This document shows positions 1 to 8,612 of a stretch of 45,080 nt of DNA, in pieces. Under the pieces are notes generated by a model, which was not told the DNA's origin, searched no databases, and saw only the letters and a program-made list of their open reading frames with translations. Within the stretch, counting starts at the first letter, position 1, and the number at the start of each line of letters is the position of its first letter. The stretch comes from a virus. Where the stretch lies: the IMG/VR virus record IMGVR_UViG_2531839420_000002, positions 67,685-112,764 of that record; one strand, 5' to 3'. The position numbers were made by a program, and so were the translations under genes.

Positions 1-1
1 G

Positions 2-493
2 CCGTCTTATCTGTGCGGTTCCGAGGAGGAGTTGATGGCGCTCTATGAGCGCGTCCGTGCCCGGGGCAAGGAAGGCATCATCGTGAAACCGCTCGATGGT
101 ATCTATGAGCGCAAGCGCTCCTATTCGTGGCTCAAGATCAAGGCCGAAGAGACGGTGGATCTGGTGGTCAAAGGCGCCTATGAGGGCGAAGGCAAGTATC
201 AGGGGATGCTTGGCGGCCTGCTGTGCGATTTCGAGGGCGTTGAAGTTCGGGTCGGCGGTGGTTATTCGGACGAGGAGCGGAAGGAGTTCTGGCGTCTCTA
301 TCAGCACGATCTGAAGGCGGCTGAAGCTTGGGGCTGCGTTGGCGAGCCGCTGTTGTTGGGGACACTGGTCGAGGTCGAATATCACGAAACGACGCCTGAC
401 GGCAGTTTGCGTCATCCTCGGTTCGTTCGTCGGCGTCTCGACAAGCCGGTGGCCGACGGTCCCGGGGCTGGGATTGAGCTGGAAGCTGCTTAA
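2..493 (+). CDS. ATP-dependent DNA ligase, C-terminal part (5' truncated by window edge)
   Basis: EGIIVK, WLKIK, VRVGGGYSDEER and OB-domain LRHPRF motifs; frame is open from position 2. Confidence 0.9.
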   Translation, partial: PSYLCGSEEELMALYERVRARGKEGIIVKPLDGIYERKRSYSWLKIKAEETVDLVVKGAYEGEGKYQGMLGGLLCDFEGVEVRVGGGYSDEERKEFWRLYQHDLKAAEAWGCVGEPLLLGTLVEVEYHETTPDGSLRHPRFVRRRLDKPVADGPGAGIELEAA

Positions 494-498
494 TTGCG

Positions 499-530
499 TG
501 GGGCGCTCTCTACAAGGGGCGCCCCATTTT
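499..530 (+). terminator. Intrinsic terminator after ligase
   Basis: TGGGGCGCTCT...GGGGCGCCCCA stem followed by TTTT. Confidence 0.7.
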
Positions 531-637
531 CACGTCCAGAAGCGCGTGGGAGGGGCGTTAAGGGGTTAGATTAAATGGGTGTTAGAAGAGTTAAGGGGTG
601 CGCAAGCTCTTGGGGGAAAAGCGGAATTTGACGTATT

Positions 638-722
638 TGCATCCGATGTTCCGAGCCTCTGCATCCGATGTTCCGATACCCCACTGCATCCGATGTTCTG
701 AGCCTCTGCATCCGATGTTCCG
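638..722 (+). repeat. Four iterons TGCATCCGATGTTCYG downstream of repA
   Basis: 16-bp direct repeats starting at 638, 660, 685 and 707. Confidence 0.9.
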
Positions 723-729
723 AGCCCAT

Positions 730-1632
730 TCACATATCCACAGCCTGGGGTGTGAGCACCTCCGCTTCGTTCTTCCGCATGAAGCGCACTACGATCCGGT
801 CGTTTCCGCCGTAGCGGGGTGGAATGTCGTAGCCGTCGGCCTTGAGGCCCTTTATCATGTCTGAAGTGGCATCGAACATCAGGTGCATTCGGTAGCCTGG
901 CAGGCTGTCGCGCTCAATGATGGTCTTCAGATCAACTTTGAAGTTCCGCAATGGACCTTCTGCGCCGCATTTTTCACGCAGCCGAGCCATGCCAATGTCC
1001 CATCGCGGTTGATAACCGCAGTGCTTTCGCGCCAGTTCGTAGAGCCGTCGCTCCAGGCCCATGGTCAGTTTGAAGTAAGCTCGGTCGATGGACAGCACTC
1101 GACGCTCTTTGACGACGGCTCGAAACATCCATTCATTCAGCCAGATTTCGACGCCGGCCATGATTGGCTTGCTATTTTTGTCGAGGCGCTCTACGACCCG
1201 AAAATTGTCGATCCAGCCAAATCCACGGCGCTCACGCTCCTCGGCGGACGTTAGATTGGTGAGAATGGTGGTGGCACGCAGTCGCTCCAGGGCGTCCAGT
1301 AGCAGCTCGTAGGAGCGCTTTCCGGTTCCGCGCTGGCATACCTTGAGAATATCGTAAGCTGGCACCACGATCCGGCGCTCTGCTGGCATCCCGCGCTCGA
1401 TGCGCTCGTTGATGATCGAGGCTGCGTAAATCAGGATGTCCTTGTCCCAGATCGTGGCGATGCCAGCAGAGCCCGGTTTGATTTCGATCTTCACCTTGCC
1501 GTCGTTGTAGACCATCGGCGTGGTGCGAGGCTTTTTGGTCAGGCAGAAGAACGGAAACTCCATCGTCGCCCGCTCATCTTTGATGGGTGCATTCATCAGA
1601 CTGTCGAGAAACAGATCAACTTGGTCAGTCAT
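730..1632 (-). CDS. repA: Plasmid replication initiator RepA (RPA family)
   Basis: KDERATMEFPFF, GIATIWDKDILIY and YFKLTMGLERRLYELARKHCG are typical of RPA-type initiators. Start set at MTDQ (1632) because the longer ORF runs through the iterons. Confidence 0.9.
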   Translation of the reverse strand: MTDQVDLFLDSLMNAPIKDERATMEFPFFCLTKKPRTTPMVYNDGKVKIEIKPGSAGIATIWDKDILIYAASIINERIERGMPAERRIVVPAYDILKVCQRGTGKRSYELLLDALERLRATTILTNLTSAEERERRGFGWIDNFRVVERLDKNSKPIMAGVEIWLNEWMFRAVVKERRVLSIDRAYFKLTMGLERRLYELARKHCGYQPRWDIGMARLREKCGAEGPLRNFKVDLKTIIERDSLPGYRMHLMFDATSDMIKGLKADGYDIPPRYGGNDRIVVRFMRKNEAEVLTPQAVDM

Positions 1633-1634
1633 GT

Positions 1635-1793
1635 TGCATCCGATGTTCCGCGCCTGCACCCGATGTTCCGACTCCTCGCACAGGTTGAGCATGGAGTCGA
1701 GTCGTATATGCACCCGATGTTCCGAGCGTGTTAATGCGCGAACTGCATCCGATGTTCCGTGCCTGGGGACGCGACGGTGCACCCGATGTTCCG
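1635..1793 (+). repeat. Five iterons TGCAYCCGATGTTCCG upstream of repA (probable origin/autoregulatory region)
   Basis: 16-bp direct repeats starting at 1635, 1655, 1709, 1744 and 1778; same sequence and orientation as the downstream set. Confidence 0.9.
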
Positions 1794-1795
1794 TG

Positions 1796-2428
1796 TCAGA
1801 TCAGATTGACCACCTTCATCTTGGCTTCCTCGTCGCCTTCAATGTAGCGCTGGGTCGTGGCCAAGTTGGAGTGGCCCAGCATCTCCTGCACGTCCTTCAG
1901 CGACCCGCCAGCTCTGGTGATGGCCCGAGCTGTCTTGGTGCCGAAGGTGCGTCGGCCCGAGTGTGATCGGCAGCCGATCAGACCGGCGCGGCGGAAGAGC
2001 TGCTGGAAGAGGCGCACGATCGACCGAGACAGCATCGGCTCGGGTATTTCGGCTCCGTGATCGACAGCCGTGATATCGGCCCGCTCGCTGCGCACCAGCG
2101 GGTCCTGGTAGCTGCCGGGCGCAACCCGGTAATAGTCAATGATGGTCTGCCGCAGCTCGTCGGAGATCGGGACGGTGCGTGGGCGAGAGGCGCCCTTGGA
2201 CTTCAGACCGCCCTTGATCACCGTCTTGTCAAGGTGAATGTGGGTGTCGATATCGCCGCCGGGCGTCTGGATGTGCCAGCGCCGCAAGCGGGCAATCTCT
2301 TGGGCGCGAAGTCCGGCCTTGAAGCTCAGCAGCACCATGAGGCGATTACGCTCGGGCCATCTGGTGCTCTCGCACGCCAGCAACACTGTGAGCAGCTCGT
2401 TGTCCGTGAGGATTTTGGCCTGGGCCAT
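1796..2428 (-). CDS. Tyrosine recombinase, catalytic domain only (probable resolvase)
   Basis: GLRAQEI, HSGRRT, LGH and TQRY catalytic motifs; ~210 aa from MAQAKIL. Confidence 0.88.
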   Translation of the reverse strand: MAQAKILTDNELLTVLLACESTRWPERNRLMVLLSFKAGLRAQEIARLRRWHIQTPGGDIDTHIHLDKTVIKGGLKSKGASRPRTVPISDELRQTIIDYYRVAPGSYQDPLVRSERADITAVDHGAEIPEPMLSRSIVRLFQQLFRRAGLIGCRSHSGRRTFGTKTARAITRAGGSLKDVQEMLGHSNLATTQRYIEGDEEAKMKVVNLI

Positions 2429-2520
2429 TTGCGAATTCTCCCATTCGCGCTCACACCATTGCTTAGCTTTGGGGGTTCCGTCTGGGGTTGATGGTGCCAT
2501 TGATTTATCATGTGCGCAAG

Positions 2521-2562
2521 CACCGACTGGCGATGGTTTATTGAAACCATCGCCAGTCGGTG
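2521..2562. repeat. Perfect 19-bp inverted repeat with 4-nt spacer
   Basis: CACCGACTGGCGATGGTTT-ATTG-AAACCATCGCCAGTCGGTG. Confidence 0.9.
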
Positions 2563-2668
2563 AGACGGCGCCTTCATCTCCGCCGCACGGCCAAAAGGGA
2601 TTGGCTTGCGACGACACTACAGGTCGATGCTTTGCATCGGGGCTTGAGTGCCAGGTTCAATCGGACAA

Positions 2669-2705
2669 AGAAAAACCGCTGGGCAGAAGCTCCAGCGGTT
2701 TTTCT
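2669..2705. terminator. Bidirectional-type intrinsic terminator downstream of the repressor gene
   Basis: AGAAAAACCGCTGG...CCAGCGGTTTTTCT. Confidence 0.75.
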
Positions 2706-2725
2706 ATTGGGCCGTCGAAAACCAA

Positions 2726-3199
2726 TCAGGGTTGGTCGGCACGACGAAACGCCTTTGTCAAGTCGTGCTTCACGTCTTCATTCAGACGAGGATCGGTATT
2801 GCCTGAAGCCTCGCGAATGAAGCTGAGGATCTCACGTTCGTTGTCGGTCATGGTCGCACCCAGCGAACGCTCTATCAGACGAAGATAGAACGGGTGGTAG
2901 TCGTTGAACCAAATCTGCATGAAGCGAGCAGGATCGACACCAAGAACGATCGCGAGCGGTTCGATCTTATCCATCGGAAGCCGCGCATCGCCCTTCTTGA
3001 TCATGCTGAGCATCTGCGGGCTGGAGAAGCCGGCGTCCTTAGCGATCTGACGCTGCGGCGCGCCGCTCAGCTCGATCTGCTTGGTCAAGTAATCCTGAAC
3101 GCTCGGGAGACTGTGATTGCGAGCCTGATTGTCAGCCATCACTTGCCTATCCCTTGCATTATCATCCTCGTGATTTTTCTTGTGTCCGACAACACGCAT
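2726..3199 (-). CDS. XRE-family HTH transcriptional regulator (candidate repressor)
   Basis: QRQIAKDAGFSSPQMLSMIKKGDARLP HTH; divergent from the main + strand region; GAGGGGG RBS. Confidence 0.8.
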   Translation of the reverse strand: MRVVGHKKNHEDDNARDRQVMADNQARNHSLPSVQDYLTKQIELSGAPQRQIAKDAGFSSPQMLSMIKKGDARLPMDKIEPLAIVLGVDPARFMQIWFNDYHPFYLRLIERSLGATMTDNEREILSFIREASGNTDPRLNEDVKHDLTKAFRRADQP

Positions 3200-3259
3200 G
3201 AGACCCCCTCATTCCGTTACGCAATGCCTTCGAGCAACGCTTGTGCTCATGAGATAAGT

Positions 3260-3548
3260 GTATCAACGATGATTGATTTCTACGTTGGCGAAATGAGTCG
3301 TAACACAGGACACCTATGACAACAAGTCAATTCAGCGTTGACCAATCACCGGCCGGTCAAGAGCGATTTAAGCATATGTCTCAGTCGGAAGTGAGGGTGT
3401 GAACCAATGCCTAATTGCAACATTTCGGAAGCGTTTATGAAACTCGGTTATGGTCCGTAACGCGCGTGTTGACCGATATAGAGCTTACTGGCAGAGAGCG
3501 ATTATCCGCTGTTCTGAAAAGCTCACGAGTTATAATCAGCGCTGACTT
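3260..3548. promoter_or_regulatory. Divergent control region with three operator-like palindromes (3260, 3329, 3533)
   Basis: NNNTCA-N4-TGANNN copies, e.g. TAATCAGCGCTGACTT overlapping TATAAT at 3531; AT-rich intergenic DNA. Confidence 0.65.
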
Positions 3549-3617
3549 GACAGGGTGCATCGCTTATGCGAAGGATGCACTAGGGAACTGATTTTGAAGG
3601 AAGTGTCGGAGAGAAGA

Positions 3618-3845
3618 ATGACTAACATCACCCATGCCGCTGCCGCTGATTTCACTCCCCCCGCGCCTTTGGCGATCAGCGAGGCGCGGTTTTGCCAGTT
3701 GTTCGACGAGCTGCTCGAGGTGAGGAAGCTTGTTAGCGGGGGCCTGTGCGTTCACTCCGGGTTGCATCCCGAACATGGGAAGCTGATCCTCGTTTCCACC
3801 AGCATGGGCGATTTCGCCAGCTTGGCGGATCGCCTCGTTTCATAA
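3618..3845 (+). CDS. Hypothetical protein
   Basis: GGAGA RBS before ATG 3618; followed by a hairpin. Confidence 0.55.
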   Translation: MTNITHAAAADFTPPAPLAISEARFCQLFDELLEVRKLVSGGLCVHSGLHPEHGKLILVSTSMGDFASLADRLVS

Positions 3846-3870
3846 GCCGATCTTCATTCATCTATGAATG

Positions 3871-3911
3871 ACACGAGCAGTTGCCGCTATAGGGGCTGCT
3901 CGTGTTGTTTT
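3871..3911 (+). terminator. Hairpin/terminator
   Basis: ACACGAGCAG...CTGCTCGTGT followed by TGTTTT. Confidence 0.55.
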
Positions 3912-3953
3912 ATAAGAATACATCATTCAACGCTGACTTTCGGATGAAACAAG

Positions 3954-6065
3954 ATGAACAACGACGTGATGATCCTTCGAGAGAAGGTTGTTCGGTTGAC
4001 ACAGATGCTCTCTGACCGGGGCATTATCGTGACCCAGCGAGGAACCGAAGCCTATGTCGAGTCTGACCCCCGCACGGGCCGCCCGAAGCGGGTGAACCTG
4101 CCCTTCGTTCCCGACACTGCCAGCGAGGATCTGATCTCCGCAATCGAGGGCTTCCTCGACCATGAGGTTGCTCACCTGCTGTTCTCCGACTTCATGGTGA
4201 TCGGCGAGGCGCATCGCCTGGGGACTCGGATCGCCATTCTCCACAACATCGTCGAGGACACCTTCGTCGAACGCAAGATGACCGAGAAGTTTCCTGGCTC
4301 GGGTTACAATCTGGCCGTTATGGGGCACTTCTTTTCGGAAGAGGTCAATCGACCTCTGTTCAAGCAGGCGATGATGAATAAGGACCAGGAGGCCATCCTC
4401 GGATCGTTGATGGTTCCAATGATGCGCGCCTGGGCCGGGCAGCAGGTCTTCATCGACTTTATGGAAGGTAAGTGGGAACTGGTCGAGAAGATCGTGGCCA
4501 GGATCGGAACGCTGAAGGATCGCGTTCCGCTGGTTCAGTCCTCCAAGGAAGCTCTCGATCTGGCGCTCGCGATCGAAGCGGCGATCTACCCGCCGAAGCC
4601 GAAATCCTCGACCAAGGGCGAAAAGACCCCGTCCATTCCCAAAAACAAGGAAGAACCGACCCCGCCGGAAGAACCGCAGGCGGGAGAGGGTGACGAAGGC
4701 GACGGTCATGGCTCGACCGAACAGGAGACGTGCGACAGTGAGTCCGAAAGTGAGCCGGAAGATATTGATGCTGGCAACGACGAGCCGGCCGGCAATGATG
4801 ACACTTCTGGCGACGCCGCTGCCGATGAGAGCGATGGTGTCGCGGATGACGAAGGAGATGCTGACCCCGAACCCACAGGTGCCGCAGGAAGCACCGAACC
4901 TGCCGGCGGTGACGACGCCGATCCCGAGCCCGTCGCAGACGCCGATCTGGACGAGGATGACGCGGAAGGAGACGGAGATGGTGGATCGGGCGGGCCAGGT
5001 GATGGCGAGGAAGACGGTGAGCTGAGCGACGGAGAGACCGCCCCTGGCTGCGGTGGCTTCGAGGATTTGCCCGAGGACTTCCTCAGTCGGACGATCGACT
5101 TTGACAAAAGCGTCGGCGAAAAGATCAGCGGTGACGCCGCCGACGCCATGCGGTCAGCCGAATACAGGCTGTTCACCAAGGACTTCGACATCGTAGACCT
5201 GTTCGAGGTTCCCGAGGATTTCGACATGCGCAAGGTCGTGAAAATGGACGATCGCACCAGGTCGATGGTTGGTGTCATGCAGAAGGATTTGGAGCGCATG
5301 ATGGCCGCCCAGAGCAAGGTCATCAAATCCGCCGGGCAGCGGAAGGGGCGCGTTCACGGCGCGTCACTTCATCGCCTGGCCGCAAACGACGCCCGCGTCT
5401 TCTACAAGAAGGAGGAGCATCGCTCGAAGGAGACGGCCGTAACACTGCTGATCGACTGCTCCGGTTCGATGACGGGTTCGCCGATTGAGACAGCCTGCAC
5501 CGCAGCCTATGCACTCTCTTCGGTTTTAGAGCGGATTGGCGTTAAGCACGAAATTCTCGGCTTCACCACCAAGGGGCTCGGCGGCGAAATCCCCGGCTTG
5601 ACCCCGGAAATGATCTTTGCCGAACAGCAGCGCGTCGGCTTCCGCTTCACCCGGTGGGAGGCTCTTTACATGCCGATCTTCAAGGAGGTTCATGAGCGGC
5701 TGACTCCGCAGGTCAAGGCTCGTCTCGCGGCGGCACCGAAGACCCGCGGTCTTCTCCAGAACAACATCGACGGCGAATGCGTCGAGATCGCCACGCGCCG
5801 GTTGTTGTCGCAGCGGGCCGAGCGCCGGGTGCTGATCGTGCTCTCCGATGGCAACCCCGCGTGCAACGGCGACATGCGGGCGCTCTATGAGCATCTGAAG
5901 CGGGCTGTGAAAAACGCCGAAGTTCGGGGCGTAGAGTGCATTGGGATCGGCATCGAGGACGACAGTGTGAGACATTTCTATCCGAAACATGTCGTTCTCA
6001 ATCGGTTGGATCAACTTCCGGGCGAGATCATGGCGCAGCTCAAGAGCATTCTCGCCCCCATGTGA
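3954..6065 (+). CDS. CobT-like VWA-domain protein with N-terminal HExxH region and long acidic linker
   Basis: HEVAH, D/E-rich linker, MIDAS DCSGSM and VLSDGNP. Confidence 0.85.
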   Translation: MNNDVMILREKVVRLTQMLSDRGIIVTQRGTEAYVESDPRTGRPKRVNLPFVPDTASEDLISAIEGFLDHEVAHLLFSDFMVIGEAHRLGTRIAILHNIVEDTFVERKMTEKFPGSGYNLAVMGHFFSEEVNRPLFKQAMMNKDQEAILGSLMVPMMRAWAGQQVFIDFMEGKWELVEKIVARIGTLKDRVPLVQSSKEALDLALAIEAAIYPPKPKSSTKGEKTPSIPKNKEEPTPPEEPQAGEGDEGDGHGSTEQETCDSESESEPEDIDAGNDEPAGNDDTSGDAAADESDGVADDEGDADPEPTGAAGSTEPAGGDDADPEPVADADLDEDDAEGDGDGGSGGPGDGEEDGELSDGETAPGCGGFEDLPEDFLSRTIDFDKSVGEKISGDAADAMRSAEYRLFTKDFDIVDLFEVPEDFDMRKVVKMDDRTRSMVGVMQKDLERMMAAQSKVIKSAGQRKGRVHGASLHRLAANDARVFYKKEEHRSKETAVTLLIDCSGSMTGSPIETACTAAYALSSVLERIGVKHEILGFTTKGLGGEIPGLTPEMIFAEQQRVGFRFTRWEALYMPIFKEVHERLTPQVKARLAAAPKTRGLLQNNIDGECVEIATRRLLSQRAERRVLIVLSDGNPACNGDMRALYEHLKRAVKNAEVRGVECIGIGIEDDSVRHFYPKHVVLNRLDQLPGEIMAQLKSILAPM

Positions 6066-6090
6066 CGGCAATACGCACCCCCCTTCCGGT

Positions 6091-6135
6091 AAGTCAGCGC
6101 TGACTATTGCTTGACCGGAAAGGGGTGCGTATAGT
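6091..6135 (+). promoter_or_regulatory. Operator AAGTCAGCGCTGACTA abutting a sigma70-type promoter
   Basis: Operator 6091-6106; TTGCTT(6107)-N17-TATAGT(6130). Confidence 0.65.
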
Positions 6136-6184
6136 GTCCCCATGACAAGCGTAATAAGCGCGAAACGGAACGGAGATAGACGAC

Positions 6185-7360
6185 ATGAGCGAGAAAATCA
6201 CCTGCCAGATTTGCGGTGAGCAGGTTCACGTCATTCAAATTCACCTCAAGGAGAAGCACCCCGAGGTGTCAGTTAAGGATTATCGCGAGCAGTATCCTGA
6301 TGCTCCGCTTGTTTCCGAATTCGCCGCTACGAAACTGCGCGCCGCTCAGGAAGCCAAGAACAAGACTGCCGAAGAGTCGGCACCGGCGAGCGTCGTCACT
6401 GCGGCGAGCGTCGTCACTGGCGGGTTTCGATCCGAGCGTCGGCCAATGCACGAGGTGTTCGGGCTGGGCAAGGTTAAGGCGGCTATGAACGGCAAGGGCG
6501 ATCCGGTGATAATCACGACCATTGCCGCGTTCGAAGGCTTCGAGGATTTCGTTCCCGATGCCGACTCCAATTACGTCTTCAACATTGACCTGCTGAAGCG
6601 CTGCCTGCTGGGCCTCGAACTGAGCATTCCGACCTACCTCTGGGGTCATGCGGGCACCGGCAAGTCCACCATGTGGGAGCAGGTTCACGCTCGGACCAAG
6701 CGACCGATGCTGCGCGTCCAGCACACCATCAATACCGAAGAGGCTCACATCGTGGGGCAGATCCTCGCAAAAGAGGGCTCGACCTATTTCGAGCCCGGCC
6801 CGCTGTCGGTGGCGATGCGCTACGGTCTGACCTACCTGGCTGATGAATATGACCGCGCCCTGCCCGGCGTGCTGTCGGTTTACCAGCCGGTCCTCGAGGG
6901 CAAGCCGCTGGTGATCAAGGAAGCGCCCCCGGAATGGCGCATCGTTCGGCCGCATCCGAATTTCCGCTTCGTGGCGACCGGGAACTCTAACGGCGCCGGC
7001 GACGAGACGGGGCTCTATCAGTCCACGATCCTGGGTGACGCATCCAATTTCGAGCGCTTCGGCATCGTCGAGGAGGTCCGGTATATGCCCAAGAGCCAGG
7101 AGTCTCTGATCCTTCAGGGGCAGGCCGAGATCGCGAAAGAGGACGCCGAAAAGCTGGTCGATTTCGCTGCTGAAGTTCGCAAGGCTTACGAGGGCCAGCG
7201 GGTGAGCAACACGATTTCGCCGCGCGCCCTGATCAACGCCGCCCGGCTCGCGATCCGTCTCGGCAGCTTCCGCGACGGTATCCAGCTCGCGTTCACCAAT
7301 CGGCTTACCCGTGTGGACCAGGCGGTCGTGGACGGGTTCGCCCAGCGCGTCTTCGGCTAG
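6185..7360 (+). CDS. CobS/MoxR-like AAA+ ATPase with N-terminal C2H2-type zinc finger
   Basis: CQIC..HLKEKH; Walker A GHAGTGKS; Walker B LADEYD; FVATGN; ISPR. Confidence 0.88.
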   Translation: MSEKITCQICGEQVHVIQIHLKEKHPEVSVKDYREQYPDAPLVSEFAATKLRAAQEAKNKTAEESAPASVVTAASVVTGGFRSERRPMHEVFGLGKVKAAMNGKGDPVIITTIAAFEGFEDFVPDADSNYVFNIDLLKRCLLGLELSIPTYLWGHAGTGKSTMWEQVHARTKRPMLRVQHTINTEEAHIVGQILAKEGSTYFEPGPLSVAMRYGLTYLADEYDRALPGVLSVYQPVLEGKPLVIKEAPPEWRIVRPHPNFRFVATGNSNGAGDETGLYQSTILGDASNFERFGIVEEVRYMPKSQESLILQGQAEIAKEDAEKLVDFAAEVRKAYEGQRVSNTISPRALINAARLAIRLGSFRDGIQLAFTNRLTRVDQAVVDGFAQRVFG

Positions 7361-7370
7361 GAGAGGGGCG

Positions 7371-8000
7371 ATGGACGTTCAGCCCCCTCCCCGCTTCGAG
7401 GACTACAAGCGTCTGATCAGCCTGTGCGCTTTCAAGGCGCACAGGAGACTGGTCGCCGCCGGATGCAGCACGACCTTTGACGACGTGTTTCAGGAAATGA
7501 GCCTGACCTTTGTTCGGGCGGCACGATCGTTCGATCCAAACAAGGGCGTGGCGTTCTCGACGTTCCTGGTGCGCGCCTGCTGGAACAACGTCAATCGCAT
7601 GGCCAAGGGCGAAGTTTCCCATGTCGGGCTATCCCTCGATAGCCAGAGTTGGGGCGAGGATGGAGACGAGGAGGGTTTGCACGAGCAGTTCGCCGACGAG
7701 AACGCGGTTAATGCCGAGGAGGCGCTCGAAGAGGCCCAGCACCGCGAGAGAATCTTGAACGATTTGTCGCCGTTGACCCGCAGGTTCGTTGAGCTGTTGG
7801 ACTCACCACCCGACGCGGTGATCCGCGAGCTGGTTGCTCTGAGGGCGAGGGCCGAATTTGCTCGTCGGCGTGGTATCGAGCCGAGCCCGGTTCCCAAGAG
7901 TGTCACTAGCGCCTTTGTGGCGCGGGTGATGGGATTGAGCCTCAGCGAGCGCACGAAAGTTTATGGCGAACTGGCGCGGGTTGTGCGGAGGGCGGCATGA
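7371..8000 (+). CDS. Sigma-70 region 2-like protein (phage sigma factor)
   Basis: DDVFQEMSLTFVRAARSFDPNKGVAFSTF matches sigma region 2; RBS GGAGAGG before ATG 7371. Confidence 0.7.
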   Translation: MDVQPPPRFEDYKRLISLCAFKAHRRLVAAGCSTTFDDVFQEMSLTFVRAARSFDPNKGVAFSTFLVRACWNNVNRMAKGEVSHVGLSLDSQSWGEDGDEEGLHEQFADENAVNAEEALEEAQHRERILNDLSPLTRRFVELLDSPPDAVIRELVALRARAEFARRRGIEPSPVPKSVTSAFVARVMGLSLSERTKVYGELARVVRRAA

Positions 8001-8608
8001 GCTGGAACCCTCATAAGGACGCACCCGATCTGGCGCTGGCCTGTTTCGGTTCGGCGGTTGCGCACCATCCGGCATCCCCCGAGTGCAGCGGGTGCCCCTA
8101 TCTTGCCGATTGCGGTTCAATTGCGGAAGCGACCCGACGCCGGTTGGAGAAGGAGCTTGGGCTCGACAATTTGTCGCCGACAATCAAGAAGCCCAAGAGA
8201 GCGGTTACGCCGTCCACCTCGTCGGCTTCCGCGAGCCCGGCGTCGGCGAAGCGCGAGACGCTGAAGAAGGCCGACGACAAACCGATGCCTGCGATCAACA
8301 TGACGGGGTTGTCGGTCAGGACCGTCGCATTCGTCAAGCCCGTGCTGCTGGCCAGGATCGACATTGAGGCTGCACTGCGTTTGCGGACTAACCCGTTCTC
8401 GCTCGGCAGTTCGTTGGGGCACTGGCATGTCGCACTCGACATGTTGTTCGCCGGCAACTTCGCCCGCGGTGATCTGATCGCGGCATTACAGTCCCGGTGC
8501 GGTGTCGATCTCGCGGGTGCTCAGGCGCGGGCCGACGCGATCATTCAGCTTTTCATTCATCTGAATGCAGCCGTCGAGCGCGACGGTCGCATCTTTTTGT
8601 CGGAGTAA
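7997..8608 (+). CDS. Hypothetical protein with N-terminal Cys cluster
   Basis: CFG...ECSGCPYLADC; ATGA overlap with the upstream gene. Confidence 0.7.
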   Translation: MSWNPHKDAPDLALACFGSAVAHHPASPECSGCPYLADCGSIAEATRRRLEKELGLDNLSPTIKKPKRAVTPSTSSASASPASAKRETLKKADDKPMPAINMTGLSVRTVAFVKPVLLARIDIEAALRLRTNPFSLGSSLGHWHVALDMLFAGNFARGDLIAALQSRCGVDLAGAQARADAIIQLFIHLNAAVERDGRIFLSE

Positions 8609-8612
8609 TCGA

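Noticed and set aside
638-722. CRISPR or guide array at the repA repeats
   Set aside because: 16-bp repeats with 6-9 nt gaps flanking a Rep gene are typical iterons.
1633-1782. N-terminal extension of RepA in the ORF track
   Set aside because: It is translated iteron DNA. Likewise the extensions at 18743 and 19446 translate guide units; better RBS-supported starts lie downstream.
3954-7360. Cobalamin biosynthesis operon
   Set aside because: No cobN or other cob genes in the window; context is phage replication.
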